This document shows, in pieces, positions 45,235 through 54,389 of a stretch of 64,000 bases of DNA. The DNA comes from Alphaproteobacteria bacterium UBA998. GTDB lineage: Bacteria > Pseudomonadota > Alphaproteobacteria > Rickettsiales > UBA998. The translations under genes were made by a program, and so were the position numbers. The DNA lies in assembly GCA_002291925.1 (NCBI GenBank), contig DBAY01000007.1, forward strand, positions 7,853 through 71,852, given 5' to 3'. How positions within the stretch are numbered: the first letter of the stretch is position 1; each line of letters starts with the position of its first letter. The notes under the pieces were generated by a model, which saw only the letters and a list, made by a program, of their open reading frames with translations, did not search any database and was not told the DNA's origin.

Positions 45235-45984
45235 ATGTCGGCGAAAATCAAAGGATATGGTGCGGGGGCTGCCCGTCTGCTGGCGGACGTGTTGTGGCCG
45301 CCGCGCTGCGCGCTGTGCCGCACGGCGGTCGATGCCGCGCATACGCTGTGCGGGGAGTGTTTCGGCACGCTGCATTTCATTGCGGCGCCGCAATGCCGCT
45401 GCTGCGGCCTGCCGTTCAGCCATGCCCCGGCGGGCGAGCTGCTGTGCGGCGAATGCGCCGCCACTCCACCGCCTTATGATTGCGCCCGCGCCGCGCTGCT
45501 CTATGACGATGCCTCGCGCCCGCTGGTGACGCGGCTGAAATATGGCGACCAGCCGCAATTGGCCCTGCTGCTCGCGCGCTGGATGCGGCTGGCAGGCCAT
45601 GCCGCGCTGGAGGGGGCGGAGGCGATCGTTCCGGTGCCGCTCCATTGGCGGCGGATGCTGGCGCGGCGCTATAACCAGTCGCTGATGCTGGCGCGCGAGC
45701 TGGGGACGCTGAGCGGCCTGCCCGTGCGGCCGGAATGGCTGGTGCGGCGCAAGGCCACCACGCCGCAGGTGGGCTTGTCACGGGCGCAGCGGCGGCGTAA
45801 CGTGGCCGCAGCCTTTGCGGTACCGCAATCCTCCCTGCCGCTGGTGAAGGGCAAGCGCCTCGTGCTGGTGGATGATGTGATGACCAGCGGCGCGACCTTG
45901 CAGGCCTGCACCCGCGTGCTGCGGCGGGCGGGAGCGGCGGAGATTCGCGTGCTGACGCTGGCGCGGCGCGCGCAGGTCGATTAG
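45235..45984 (+). CDS. comF: ComF family protein (phosphoribosyltransferase domain)
   Basis: N-terminal double Cys-x2-Cys zinc motifs. C-terminal PRTase motif LVLVDDVMTSGATL. Confidence 0.85.
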   Translation: MSAKIKGYGAGAARLLADVLWPPRCALCRTAVDAAHTLCGECFGTLHFIAAPQCRCCGLPFSHAPAGELLCGECAATPPPYDCARAALLYDDASRPLVTRLKYGDQPQLALLLARWMRLAGHAALEGAEAIVPVPLHWRRMLARRYNQSLMLARELGTLSGLPVRPEWLVRRKATTPQVGLSRAQRRRNVAAAFAVPQSSLPLVKGKRLVLVDDVMTSGATLQACTRVLRRAGAAEIRVLTLARRAQVD

Positions 45985-45993
45985 ATAGAACAT

Positions 45994-46857
45994 ATGCATT
46001 CATCCTCCATCCTCCGCGCCGCCTGCATCCAGCTGACCGCCACCAACGACATGGACGCCAATTGCGCCCACGCCGAAGGGCTGATGCGGCAGGCCATCGC
46101 GCAAGGTGCGCGGTTTCTGGCCTTGCCGGAAAACGCCTTTTTCATGCGCGGATCGGACAAGGACGCGCCCGCGCCTTACACCGTGGAGGAGCATCCCGGC
46201 GTGCGGCTCTGCCAGTCGCTGGCCAAGGCGCATGGGGTATGGGTACTGATTGGTTCCATCTTCGTGCCCGCGCCGCCGCATTATGACGGTGCGCCACCGA
46301 AATGGTTCAACCGCACTGTGGTGATTAACGCGGCGGGCGAGATTGCCGCGCTCTATGACAAGATTCACCTGTTTGATGCCATGGTCGGCGGTGACCAACA
46401 TTACCGCGAATCGGACCGCATCCAGTATGGCGAACATCTGGCGCAGGTTCCGACCCCGTGGGGCCGCATGGGGCTCACCATCTGCTACGACATGCGCTTC
46501 CCCCATCTCTACCGCGACCTCGCCAAGGCGGGGGCCACGCTGTTCGCCGCGCCGGCTGCCTTTACCTATGTCACGGGGAAGGCGCACTGGCATGTGCTGC
46601 TGCGCGCGCGGGCCATCGAGACGGGCAGTTTCATCCTGGCGCCCGGCCAGTGCGGCCACCATCCCGGCGGACGGCGTACCTACGGCCATTCGCTGATTGT
46701 CGGCCCGTGGGGCGATATCCTCGCCGAAGCCTCCGAGGAGACGCCGGAAGTGCTGGTGGCCGACCTCGACATGGCACAGGTGGCCCAGATGCGCCGTGAC
46801 CTGCCCTGCCTGCAGCATGACCGCGCCTACAAGACGACGGAGGATTTTTCCATCTAG
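45994..46857 (+). CDS. Carbon-nitrogen hydrolase (nitrilase superfamily, Nit-like)
   Basis: E-K-C triad contexts LALPENAFF, YDKIHLFD and LTICYDMRFP. Confidence 0.85.
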   Translation: MHSSSILRAACIQLTATNDMDANCAHAEGLMRQAIAQGARFLALPENAFFMRGSDKDAPAPYTVEEHPGVRLCQSLAKAHGVWVLIGSIFVPAPPHYDGAPPKWFNRTVVINAAGEIAALYDKIHLFDAMVGGDQHYRESDRIQYGEHLAQVPTPWGRMGLTICYDMRFPHLYRDLAKAGATLFAAPAAFTYVTGKAHWHVLLRARAIETGSFILAPGQCGHHPGGRRTYGHSLIVGPWGDILAEASEETPEVLVADLDMAQVAQMRRDLPCLQHDRAYKTTEDFSI

Positions 46858-47288
46858 AATACCCGCCGCATCACGAGCGCATCTTCGTCGTCAGGGTAGT
46901 AGCGCGGGCGCTGGCCGGTAAGGTGAAAGCCGCAGGATGCATAGAGCTGGCGCGCGGCGTCATTCCCGGCGCGCAATTCGAGGTAGACGCGGGCGCAACC
47001 TTCCTCCGCCAGCACCTGCAGGGCCAAATCGAGCAGGTAGCGCGCATAGCCTTGGCGCCGATGTGCCGGAGCGGTGCCGAGGGTGAGAATCTCCGCCTCC
47101 TCCGCCGCGCGGCGGAGGAGGAGAAACGCGAGCGGCTTGCCATCCTCCTGCACTTGCCAGCCGGTGACACCGGGCTGTTGCAACAATCCCTCGAACGAGG
47201 CGCGGCTCCATGCTTCGGCCAGCACTTCGGCATGCAGCGCCGCGAGGGCTTCGGCATCGGCTGGCGTAACGGGAAGGAGGGCGATCAA
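46854..47288 (-). CDS. GNAT acetyltransferase, RimI-like
   Basis: HRRQGYARYLLDLAL motif A. 144 aa. TTG start overlaps the upstream stop. Confidence 0.7.
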   Translation of the reverse strand: MIALLPVTPADAEALAALHAEVLAEAWSRASFEGLLQQPGVTGWQVQEDGKPLAFLLLRRAAEEAEILTLGTAPAHRRQGYARYLLDLALQVLAEEGCARVYLELRAGNDAARQLYASCGFHLTGQRPRYYPDDEDALVMRRVF

Positions 47289-48346
47289 GCGGGCTTGCGC
47301 AGGATGTACTGGGCGAGCTGCCCGTCCGGATAGGCTTGCACGGCCTCCACCGTCACCACCTCCAGCGGCGTGGTGGCGATCTTCTCGCGCAGGTAGGCCT
47401 CGCTATGGCCGAAGCGGCTGACCTTGGGCAGCATGGCGAAGCCCTTGGCCGCCGCGTAGGGCTCCACCTGGAACAGGAACAGCCCGCCGGGGCGCAGTGC
47501 CCGCGCCGCATGTTCGAACAGATGGCCGAGATCGCCCATGTAATTGAAAACATGCACGGCGGTGATCAGCTCCACTGGCTCCGGCACATCCGGCAGGAAC
47601 AGGCGCATATCCTGCTGGTAGGCGCTGCTGTAGATGCGGCTCTTGTCCTCGCGGCGGCGCTCGCTGGCCTGCGCCAGCATCCCGCGCGAGACGTCGACGC
47701 CGATCACCTGCTCGCAGTAAGGTGCCAGCATGGTGCCGGTAAGCCCCGTGCCGCAGCCGAGATCGATCAGCGTATGGTTGACACGTTTGGGCTCCAGATA
47801 GCGTTGCAGCGACGCCTCGGCGACGATGTGGGCCCGGTAGCCGAGCGAGGCCTGCGAGCGGTCATAGTCCGGGGCCAGCCGGTCGAAATAATCCACCGCG
47901 ATGGTAGCGGGCATCGTGGTGGGGCGCTTGGCTTCCGGGAGGATGTTGGGGTCAATGGTGGCCAGCATGAAGCGGGTTTCTTCATGGTTCGGATTCAGCT
48001 TGTAGCTGCGAGCAAAGGCCTGCATGGCCTTCACTTTCTGGCCAAGGCTGAGATAGGACGTGCCGAGGTAATACCAGGATTCCTGGTGGTTCGGCGCCAG
48101 CCACAGCGCCAGCCGGAAGCGCAGGATGGCATCGCGCAGGCGGCCCTCCGCCAGCATCTGCAGGCCTAGCTGGTAATTGATCATTGGCAGGTGGTTCAGC
48201 CGGTATTTAAACTCGTCGACGAAATTCACCGGCACACTCAGGATATCCCGCAGCGCTTCGCCGAGCGGCGAGCGGCGCTGACGGTTGGGCACTACGCCGG
48301 GGGTGAGGGAAGGGGAGGACGGCGAGGGGGTCTGCTCTGGCTGCAT
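47285..48346 (-). CDS. TPR-repeat plus class I SAM-dependent methyltransferase fusion
   Basis: N-terminal TPR-like repeats (AILRFRLALWLAPNHQESWYYLGTSYLSLGQ). Methyltransferase motif I LIDLGCGTGLTG. Confidence 0.75.
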   Translation of the reverse strand: MQPEQTPSPSSPSLTPGVVPNRQRRSPLGEALRDILSVPVNFVDEFKYRLNHLPMINYQLGLQMLAEGRLRDAILRFRLALWLAPNHQESWYYLGTSYLSLGQKVKAMQAFARSYKLNPNHEETRFMLATIDPNILPEAKRPTTMPATIAVDYFDRLAPDYDRSQASLGYRAHIVAEASLQRYLEPKRVNHTLIDLGCGTGLTGTMLAPYCEQVIGVDVSRGMLAQASERRREDKSRIYSSAYQQDMRLFLPDVPEPVELITAVHVFNYMGDLGHLFEHAARALRPGGLFLFQVEPYAAAKGFAMLPKVSRFGHSEAYLREKIATTPLEVVTVEAVQAYPDGQLAQYILRKPA

Positions 48347-48400
48347 AAAATGTCCGGATGCCCGCTATACATTCATAAATCAGGGTTTATAGTGTAGCTT

Positions 48401-49159
48401 ATGGAAGAAAAATTAAAAGCGCGTGTTTCGGTGGATGCCGAGGATGTGGAGCGTTTTTCGCGCATTGCCGAGGAATGGTGGGACCCGCGCGGCAAGTTCC
48501 GCCCGCTGCATGCCATCAACCCGGTGCGGCTGCGCTACCTGCGCGACCGCATGGAGGCCCATTTCGGCAAGCAGGCGCTGGCGTCCGATGCCCCCCTGAA
48601 AGGCCTAAGCCTGGTGGATATCGGCTGCGGCGGCGGGCTCATCAGCGAGCCGATGGCGCGGCTGGGCGCCGTCGTGACGGGCATCGACGCGTCGGAGAAG
48701 AATATCGCGGTGGCGGGGCTGCATGCGCAGAAGATGGGGCTCTCCATCGATTACCGCGCCACCACCGCCGAAGCACTGCGCGCGGAAGGCGCGGCCTTCG
48801 ACGTGGTGCTGGCGCTGGAGATTGTGGAACACGTGGCAGATGTGCCGTTTTTCCTGGAGACCGTGGCCGCGCTGGTGAAGCCCGGCGGCCTGCTGGTGAT
48901 GAGCACGCTCAACCGCACGCTGAAATCGCTGGTAATGGCCAAGTTCGGCGCCGAATACATCCTGCGCTGGTTGCCCATCGGCACCCATGACTGGAACCAG
49001 TTCCTGCGCCCCTCCGAGCTGATTCAGCCGCTGGAAAAGCATGGCCTCGCGCTCATGGACCTGTCGGGCATGGTGTTTTCCCCGCTAAAGAACGAGTGGC
49101 GGATTGATGGCAAGGACTTGGAAGTCAATTATCTAGCCTGCTTTCGCAAACCTGCCTGA
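48401..49159 (+). CDS. ubiG: Ubiquinone biosynthesis O-methyltransferase
   Basis: FSRIAEEWWDPRGKFRPLHAINPVRLRYL and LVDIGCGGGLISEPMARLG are canonical UbiG motifs. Confidence 0.9.
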   Translation: MEEKLKARVSVDAEDVERFSRIAEEWWDPRGKFRPLHAINPVRLRYLRDRMEAHFGKQALASDAPLKGLSLVDIGCGGGLISEPMARLGAVVTGIDASEKNIAVAGLHAQKMGLSIDYRATTAEALRAEGAAFDVVLALEIVEHVADVPFFLETVAALVKPGGLLVMSTLNRTLKSLVMAKFGAEYILRWLPIGTHDWNQFLRPSELIQPLEKHGLALMDLSGMVFSPLKNEWRIDGKDLEVNYLACFRKPA

Positions 49160-49233
49160 GTCGCATCAAAATCATTTGCATTCGTGATGGTTGCTCCCTA
49201 AAAACGAAAGCCTTTGCAGCAGGCGTTTTCTCC

Positions 49234-50475
49234 ATGGCCCTCATCGTGATGAAATTCGGCGGGACGTCGGTGGGCTCCACCGAGCGGATCCGTCATGTGG
49301 CGACGCTGGTGCAGCGCGAAGTGGCGCGCGGCAACCGCGTGATTGTCAATGTGTCCGCCATGTCGGGCGTCACGGATTCGCTCATCACGCTGGTGCGCGA
49401 GGTGGCGACGCCGGAAACGCCGGACGCCTTTGCCGACATGGATTTCGTGGTGGCGACAGGCGAGCAGGTGACGGCCGGGCTGCTGGCATTGCGGCTGCAG
49501 GAACTGGGCCAGCCCGCGCGCGCCTTCGCCGGGTGGCAGATTCCGGTGCTCACTACTGACGCCTTCACCAAAGCGCGTGTGGAGCAGATTGACACCAGGA
49601 ACATCAACGCCGTGCTGGACAAGGGTCATGTCGCCGTAGTGGCGGGCTTTCAGGGCATCACGGAGGATCAGCGCATCACCACGCTGGGCCGTGGCGGCTC
49701 GGACACCTCGGCGGTGGCGCTGGCGGCGGCGTTCGAGGCGGATCGCTGCGACATCTATACGGATGTGGATGGTGTCTATACCGCCGATCCGCGCATCGTG
49801 CGCACGGCGAAGAAGCTCGACCGCGTCTCCTATGAGGAGATGCTGGAGCTGGCCAGCCAGGGCAGCAAGGTGCTGCAGACGCGCTCGGTTGAGCTGGCGA
49901 TGAATTACAATGTGAAACTGCAGGTGCTCTCGACCTTTGAGGACAAGCCGGGCACACTGCTGGTACGCGAGGAGGAAATCGTGGAGAAACACCGGGTCAC
50001 GGGCATTGCCTACAGCCGCGACGACGCACGCATCACCATCACCGAGGTGGAGGACCGCCCCGGCGTGGCGGCGGCCATTTTCGGCCCGCTCGCCGAGTCC
50101 AACATCAACGTGGACATGATCGTCCAGAACGTCACGCCGGACGGTAAGGCCACCGACATGACCTTCACCGTCTCCAAGGGCGACCTGCCGCACGCCGTAA
50201 AAGTGCTGAAGGAGAATCTCAAGGACGTCAGGTACGGCGGGCTGCACACGGATGAGAACGTGGCGAAGGTCTCCGTGGTCGGCGTCGGCATGCGCTCGCA
50301 TGCCGGGGTGGCGCAGGAGATGTTCTCGACGCTGGCGGGCAAGGGCATTAACCTCATCGTCATTTCCACCTCGGAGATCAAGATCAGCGTGCTGATCGAG
50401 GAGTCCTACCTCGAGCTGGCCCTGCGTGCCCTGCACACGACCTATGGGCTCGATGCGGTGGTGGAGCGCGGGTAG
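49234..50475 (+). CDS. lysC: Aspartate kinase
   Basis: IVMKFGGTSVGS N-terminus with two C-terminal ACT domains. 413 aa. Confidence 0.95.
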   Translation: MALIVMKFGGTSVGSTERIRHVATLVQREVARGNRVIVNVSAMSGVTDSLITLVREVATPETPDAFADMDFVVATGEQVTAGLLALRLQELGQPARAFAGWQIPVLTTDAFTKARVEQIDTRNINAVLDKGHVAVVAGFQGITEDQRITTLGRGGSDTSAVALAAAFEADRCDIYTDVDGVYTADPRIVRTAKKLDRVSYEEMLELASQGSKVLQTRSVELAMNYNVKLQVLSTFEDKPGTLLVREEEIVEKHRVTGIAYSRDDARITITEVEDRPGVAAAIFGPLAESNINVDMIVQNVTPDGKATDMTFTVSKGDLPHAVKVLKENLKDVRYGGLHTDENVAKVSVVGVGMRSHAGVAQEMFSTLAGKGINLIVISTSEIKISVLIEESYLELALRALHTTYGLDAVVERG

Positions 50476-50622
50476 ACTTCCGCGCGCCGGTTGGCTTCGC
50501 ATAAGCGCGAAAATATATATTAAAAAGTTTATAAAAATTTACACTTCGTTAATAACTCCCGCATATGTTGCCATTTCGCCACATCGGCGATGATTTTGTG
50601 CAACAAAAAGGAGTATGAAGTG

Positions 50623-50934
50623 ATGAAACCCTTGGCATTCGATGAAGAGCTGGCCGCCGCGCTCACCACATTGCGCCAGTGGCAGGCATTGGCGTACCGG
50701 CAGGACCGCCCCGAACTGGCGCAGCTGCTGCATACGCTGCAGGCGGACATGGAAGCGCATGCGGCACAGCAACGCCTGCACCCCATGACCCTGCGCAAGA
50801 CCATGCATTTCCTGCAGGTGCTGATGAAAAGCCACCCGCATTCGCAGCGCCGTTTTGCCCGCATCCTCGGTGACCGCGTCCAGGCCGATGCCCCGGCCTG
50901 CTATGCAGAAGCGGTTTCTGAGCTAAGCGCGTGA
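50623..50934 (+). CDS. Hypothetical protein (103 aa)
   Basis: An AAAGGAG SD lies 9 nt upstream of the ATG at 50623. No family motif was recognised. Confidence 0.45.
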   Translation: MKPLAFDEELAAALTTLRQWQALAYRQDRPELAQLLHTLQADMEAHAAQQRLHPMTLRKTMHFLQVLMKSHPHSQRRFARILGDRVQADAPACYAEAVSELSA

Positions 50935-51074
50935 CTTCAAGAAACTATCATCCATTCACATAGGGAGGGCGAGGGGCGTATTGGGACCTGAGCTTCAAGC
51001 ATCTATGCCAGCGTGGAGGGAAAGAGCTTCGTTCAATTCAACCTTACCCGTTTTCACATTTAGGAGAGAATCAC

Positions 51075-51473
51075 ATGAAACCCATTCTTACCTTGGCGGC
51101 CATTCTGGCTATGGGCGTTGCGCCCGTACTCGCCAGCAGCCAATCGTCCAATTCCATGAACAGCGGTGCCTCGTCGGGTATGTCGTCCGGCATGTCCTCG
51201 GGCTCCGGCGCCTCGATGTCCGCCTCGCAAGGCGACATGGGCCAGCGCGCGCAGTATTACCTAAAGCAGATGGACAAGAACGCCGATAACTCTGTGTCGG
51301 AGGAAGAGCACGAAGATTTCGCCAAGAACATGTTTGGCCAGGCCGACAAGGACGGCAACGGCAAGCTCACGCTGAGCGAGATCCAGCAGCAGAAGCAGCA
51401 GGAAATGCAGCAGATGCAGCAAAGCATGGGCGGCGCGTCGTCTGGCACAGCCACCACGCGCTCCGGTAGCTAA
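51075..51473 (+). CDS. Secreted EF-hand calcium-binding protein with Ser/Gly/Met- and Gln-rich low-complexity regions
   Basis: Signal peptide MKPILTLAAILAMGVAPVLA. Two EF-hand loops (DKNADNSVSEEE, DKDGNGKLTLSE). AGGAGAG SD. Confidence 0.75.
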   Translation: MKPILTLAAILAMGVAPVLASSQSSNSMNSGASSGMSSGMSSGSGASMSASQGDMGQRAQYYLKQMDKNADNSVSEEEHEDFAKNMFGQADKDGNGKLTLSEIQQQKQQEMQQMQQSMGGASSGTATTRSGS

Positions 51474-51492
51474 CACGCCTGAAAGACTGATG

Positions 51493-51526
51493 AAAAAAAA
51501 GGGAGGCTGCGGCCTCCCTTTTTTTT
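51493..51526. terminator. Bidirectional rho-independent terminator A8-GGGAGGC-TGCG-GCCTCCC-T8
   Basis: Perfect 7-bp GC stem flanked by an A-run and a T-run, between convergent genes. Confidence 0.85.
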
Positions 51527-51552
51527 AATGTGGCCCAGTGCCCAGCAGAATG

Positions 51553-53049
51553 TTAGCCAAGCCCCGTCGAAGCTCGCTCCAATTGAGCGGCGGAGGCGAC
51601 CGGCGTTGCAGGCATGGCGATTTCAGACACTGCCTGACCGCCTGTTACTTCTGCCGAACGGGCACCTACGCGCGGAGGCTGAAGGCGTTCAGCCATATTA
51701 GGATGGCCACTATCCATGCCCAGCCGGGTCAGAGTTTGCGGACCTATCCGGCCATCGACCGTGACGCCTGCCTGCTGCTGGTACACACGGACGGCTTCCT
51801 CGGTCTGTGGACCAAACCGTCCGTCAAGGCTGAGCGGGCGGCCGCGCGAGTCGCGCCAGTTTTCGGGGAGCGCCCGCTGAAGGGCTTCTTGAACCTGACG
51901 AATACCATCCCCGTGATGGCCGCGCATATGCACGCCCCCCAGCCGCACAACATGCGTGGCCGCGTCAAGATTGACTGGCTCGCGCGCAGGGGCGGGTGCG
52001 GGAGGACCTTGGACAGGCTGAACCGGAGCGGGCGCGCTAGCAGCGGCCTCTGGTGCCGGTAGCGGCGCAACAGTCGGGGGAGCCGGGGGGACAGGCGGGA
52101 TAGACACGGGTTCCGCAATCGGAGCAACAGGCGGCGCCGCGGGAGTAGGGATATTTGCCGCCGCGACAAGCGTAGGAGGCGAGCCAGCAGGGGTTGGCGC
52201 GGGTACCGGAGGGGTTGGCCCCGATGCCAGCGCCACTGTCGGCGGAGTCGATGGATCCGCAATGCCTGTGCCTTCATTCGCCGGAGGAGAGACAACCGTG
52301 GCCTGGGCCGCACTTACGGTAAATGCAGCCATGACCCGGCCAAGAAAGCCTGCCTGTTGCGTATCGCCGGACTCGCGAGTGCGCTGCCGTTCCGCCGCTT
52401 GCGCAAGCGCATCGCGGCCAGGCTCACCGTTGCTTGTGAGAAAGTTTTCCTGGCGCCGCGTCAGGTCAGCTTGCGCCTGTGCAATCGAGCGCTCCTCCTC
52501 GCTGAAGGCGTTCAGGGCTGTCTCCATTTGGGCCGCACGGGCGGTGGCGGTGCGGCGGCCGACGGCGCCGAGATTGGCATCGCTAGACCTCTGGCGCTCC
52601 AGCGCAATGCCAGCGCGAAGGCTGGTTTGCTCCTCCGGCGTCAGCCTCATGCTATCCAGCGCGGCGCGGCGCTGCTCCAGCGCTGAGCCCTGGCTTAGAA
52701 TGGTCTGGGCTTCCCGTCCAAGCCGCGCTGCTTCGCGCTGCTCGGGGGTCTCGCTGTCTGCGGCAACCGATGACCGTCCTTCCGCTGTCAGGCCGCGCCC
52801 CTGTGCCAGCATGCGCTGCCGCTCTGACTCCATCCGCGCGGTCTGCTCGCGCGCGGCCTGTTCCTGACGCTCGCGCTGGAAAGCCTGCACCATGGCTTCC
52901 GGGTCGCCTCCCTGCTGACGGATCTCTTGCGAAATTTGTCCCAGTTCCCGGTTGATACGTGCACGATCCGACCAGTTAAGCACGGACAAACCAGCATGGC
53001 GCTCCCGATTTGCACGAAGCCTGTCTTGCAGTTCTTCAAGTGTTGCCAT
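51553..53049 (-). CDS. Coiled-coil / Pro-Ala-rich linker / peptidoglycan-binding (PG_binding_1-like) domain protein
   Basis: N-terminal ~220 aa are rich in Arg, Glu and Gln. A hydrophobic segment (GFLGRVMAAFTVSAAQATVV) is followed by a ~110 aa Pro/Ala tract. The C-terminus reads LDGRFGPQTEEAVRVYQQQAGVTVDGRIGPQTLTRL. Confidence 0.7.
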   Translation of the reverse strand: MATLEELQDRLRANRERHAGLSVLNWSDRARINRELGQISQEIRQQGGDPEAMVQAFQRERQEQAAREQTARMESERQRMLAQGRGLTAEGRSSVAADSETPEQREAARLGREAQTILSQGSALEQRRAALDSMRLTPEEQTSLRAGIALERQRSSDANLGAVGRRTATARAAQMETALNAFSEEERSIAQAQADLTRRQENFLTSNGEPGRDALAQAAERQRTRESGDTQQAGFLGRVMAAFTVSAAQATVVSPPANEGTGIADPSTPPTVALASGPTPPVPAPTPAGSPPTLVAAANIPTPAAPPVAPIAEPVSIPPVPPAPPTVAPLPAPEAAASAPAPVQPVQGPPAPAPAREPVNLDAATHVVRLGGVHMRGHHGDGIRQVQEALQRALPENWRDSRGRPLSLDGRFGPQTEEAVRVYQQQAGVTVDGRIGPQTLTRLGMDSGHPNMAERLQPPRVGARSAEVTGGQAVSEIAMPATPVASAAQLERASTGLG

Positions 53050-53255
53050 GATAACCTCCTTTACATCATTCAGTATTTAATCATGTCTTTGTTAAACAAA
53101 TGTGACGATACATATTCATGTGATAGTGATCCCTTTCAATGCGCCGGAACGCGCTGCTCTGCAAAAATAAAGCGGCTCTACGTTTGCTACGCTGGCTAAA
53201 ACGTCATAAGTAGGCTATCAAGCTGGCCCAACGCCCTTTTCAGGAGATTGCCCCC

Positions 53256-54281
53256 TTGAACGCCAGGCACACGCTCGAACAGCTTTGGAACCGCGGAAAA
53301 ACATTTCTGGGAACTGACTGCGCCATCCTGGGCGGCGCGATGTCGTGGGTGTCGGAGCGGCATCTGGTATCGGCACTCTCCAACGCGGGTGGCTTCGGGG
53401 TGATTGCCTGCGGCGCCATGCCGCCGGAGCTGCTGGAGCAGGAAATCGCCGCGACGCAGGCCATGACGGACAAGCCGTTCGGGGTGAACCTTATCATCAT
53501 GCACCCAAAGCTGGACGAGCTGGTGGCTGTGTGTGTGCGCCGGCAGGTGAGCCACGTGGTGCTGGCCGGGGGCATCCCCAAGGGACCGACCATCGACGCC
53601 CTGAAAGCGGCGGGCATCAAGGTCATCTGCTTTGCTCCTTCCGCGCGCATCGGTCAGAAACTGGTGCGCATGGGCGCGGATGCGCTCGTGATTGAGGGGA
53701 TGGAAGCAGGCGGCCATATCGGGCCGGTCTCCACCTCCGTGCTGGCGCAGGAGATTCTGCCGGCAATCACCGACGTGCCTGTGTTCGTGGCGGGCGGCAT
53801 CGGGCGTGGCGAGGCGATTGTCAGCTATCTGCAGATGGGCGCGTCCGGCGTGCAGCTTGGTACGCGCTTCGTGTGCGCCGAGGAGAGCATCGCGCACCCC
53901 AAATTCAAGGAATGCTTTATCCGCAGCGCGGCGCGCGACGCGGTGCCGTCCGTGCAGATCGACCCGGAATTTCCGGTGATTCCTGTGCGCGCTATCGCCA
54001 ACAAGGCCACCGCTGATTTCATCCGCTTCCAGCAGGAGGTGATCGCCCGCCACCGTCGGGGCGAGGTGGAGAAGAAGGAAGCCCAGCTGGAAATCGAGCA
54101 TTTCTGGGCTGGGGCGCTGCGCCGCGCGGTGATGGAAGGGGACGTGGAAAACGGCTCCGTCATGGCGGGCCAGAGCGTCGGCATGGTCACCCGCGTGCAG
54201 CCGATGCGTGAGATCATCGCGGAGCTGGTAGCGCAGGCGGAAGCGTTCCTTGCGGGCCCCCTGCAGGCAAAAATAGCCTGA
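53256..54281 (+). CDS. NAD(P)H-dependent flavin oxidoreductase (nitronate monooxygenase / FabK-like)
   Basis: ILGGAMSWVS...NAGGFGVI and VIEGMEAGGHIG motifs. TTG start has an AGGAG about 10 nt upstream. Confidence 0.85.
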   Translation: MNARHTLEQLWNRGKTFLGTDCAILGGAMSWVSERHLVSALSNAGGFGVIACGAMPPELLEQEIAATQAMTDKPFGVNLIIMHPKLDELVAVCVRRQVSHVVLAGGIPKGPTIDALKAAGIKVICFAPSARIGQKLVRMGADALVIEGMEAGGHIGPVSTSVLAQEILPAITDVPVFVAGGIGRGEAIVSYLQMGASGVQLGTRFVCAEESIAHPKFKECFIRSAARDAVPSVQIDPEFPVIPVRAIANKATADFIRFQQEVIARHRRGEVEKKEAQLEIEHFWAGALRRAVMEGDVENGSVMAGQSVGMVTRVQPMREIIAELVAQAEAFLAGPLQAKIA

Positions 54282-54389
54282 TTCCCGCTACCTACGCCCC
54301 GGTGCCGCCAGCGGGGACGAGCGGAACAAAACGCTATAAGCGGCTGCAAAAGCGCGGTATACTGCGTAAGTTTCGAGCCGCGGAGTCCC

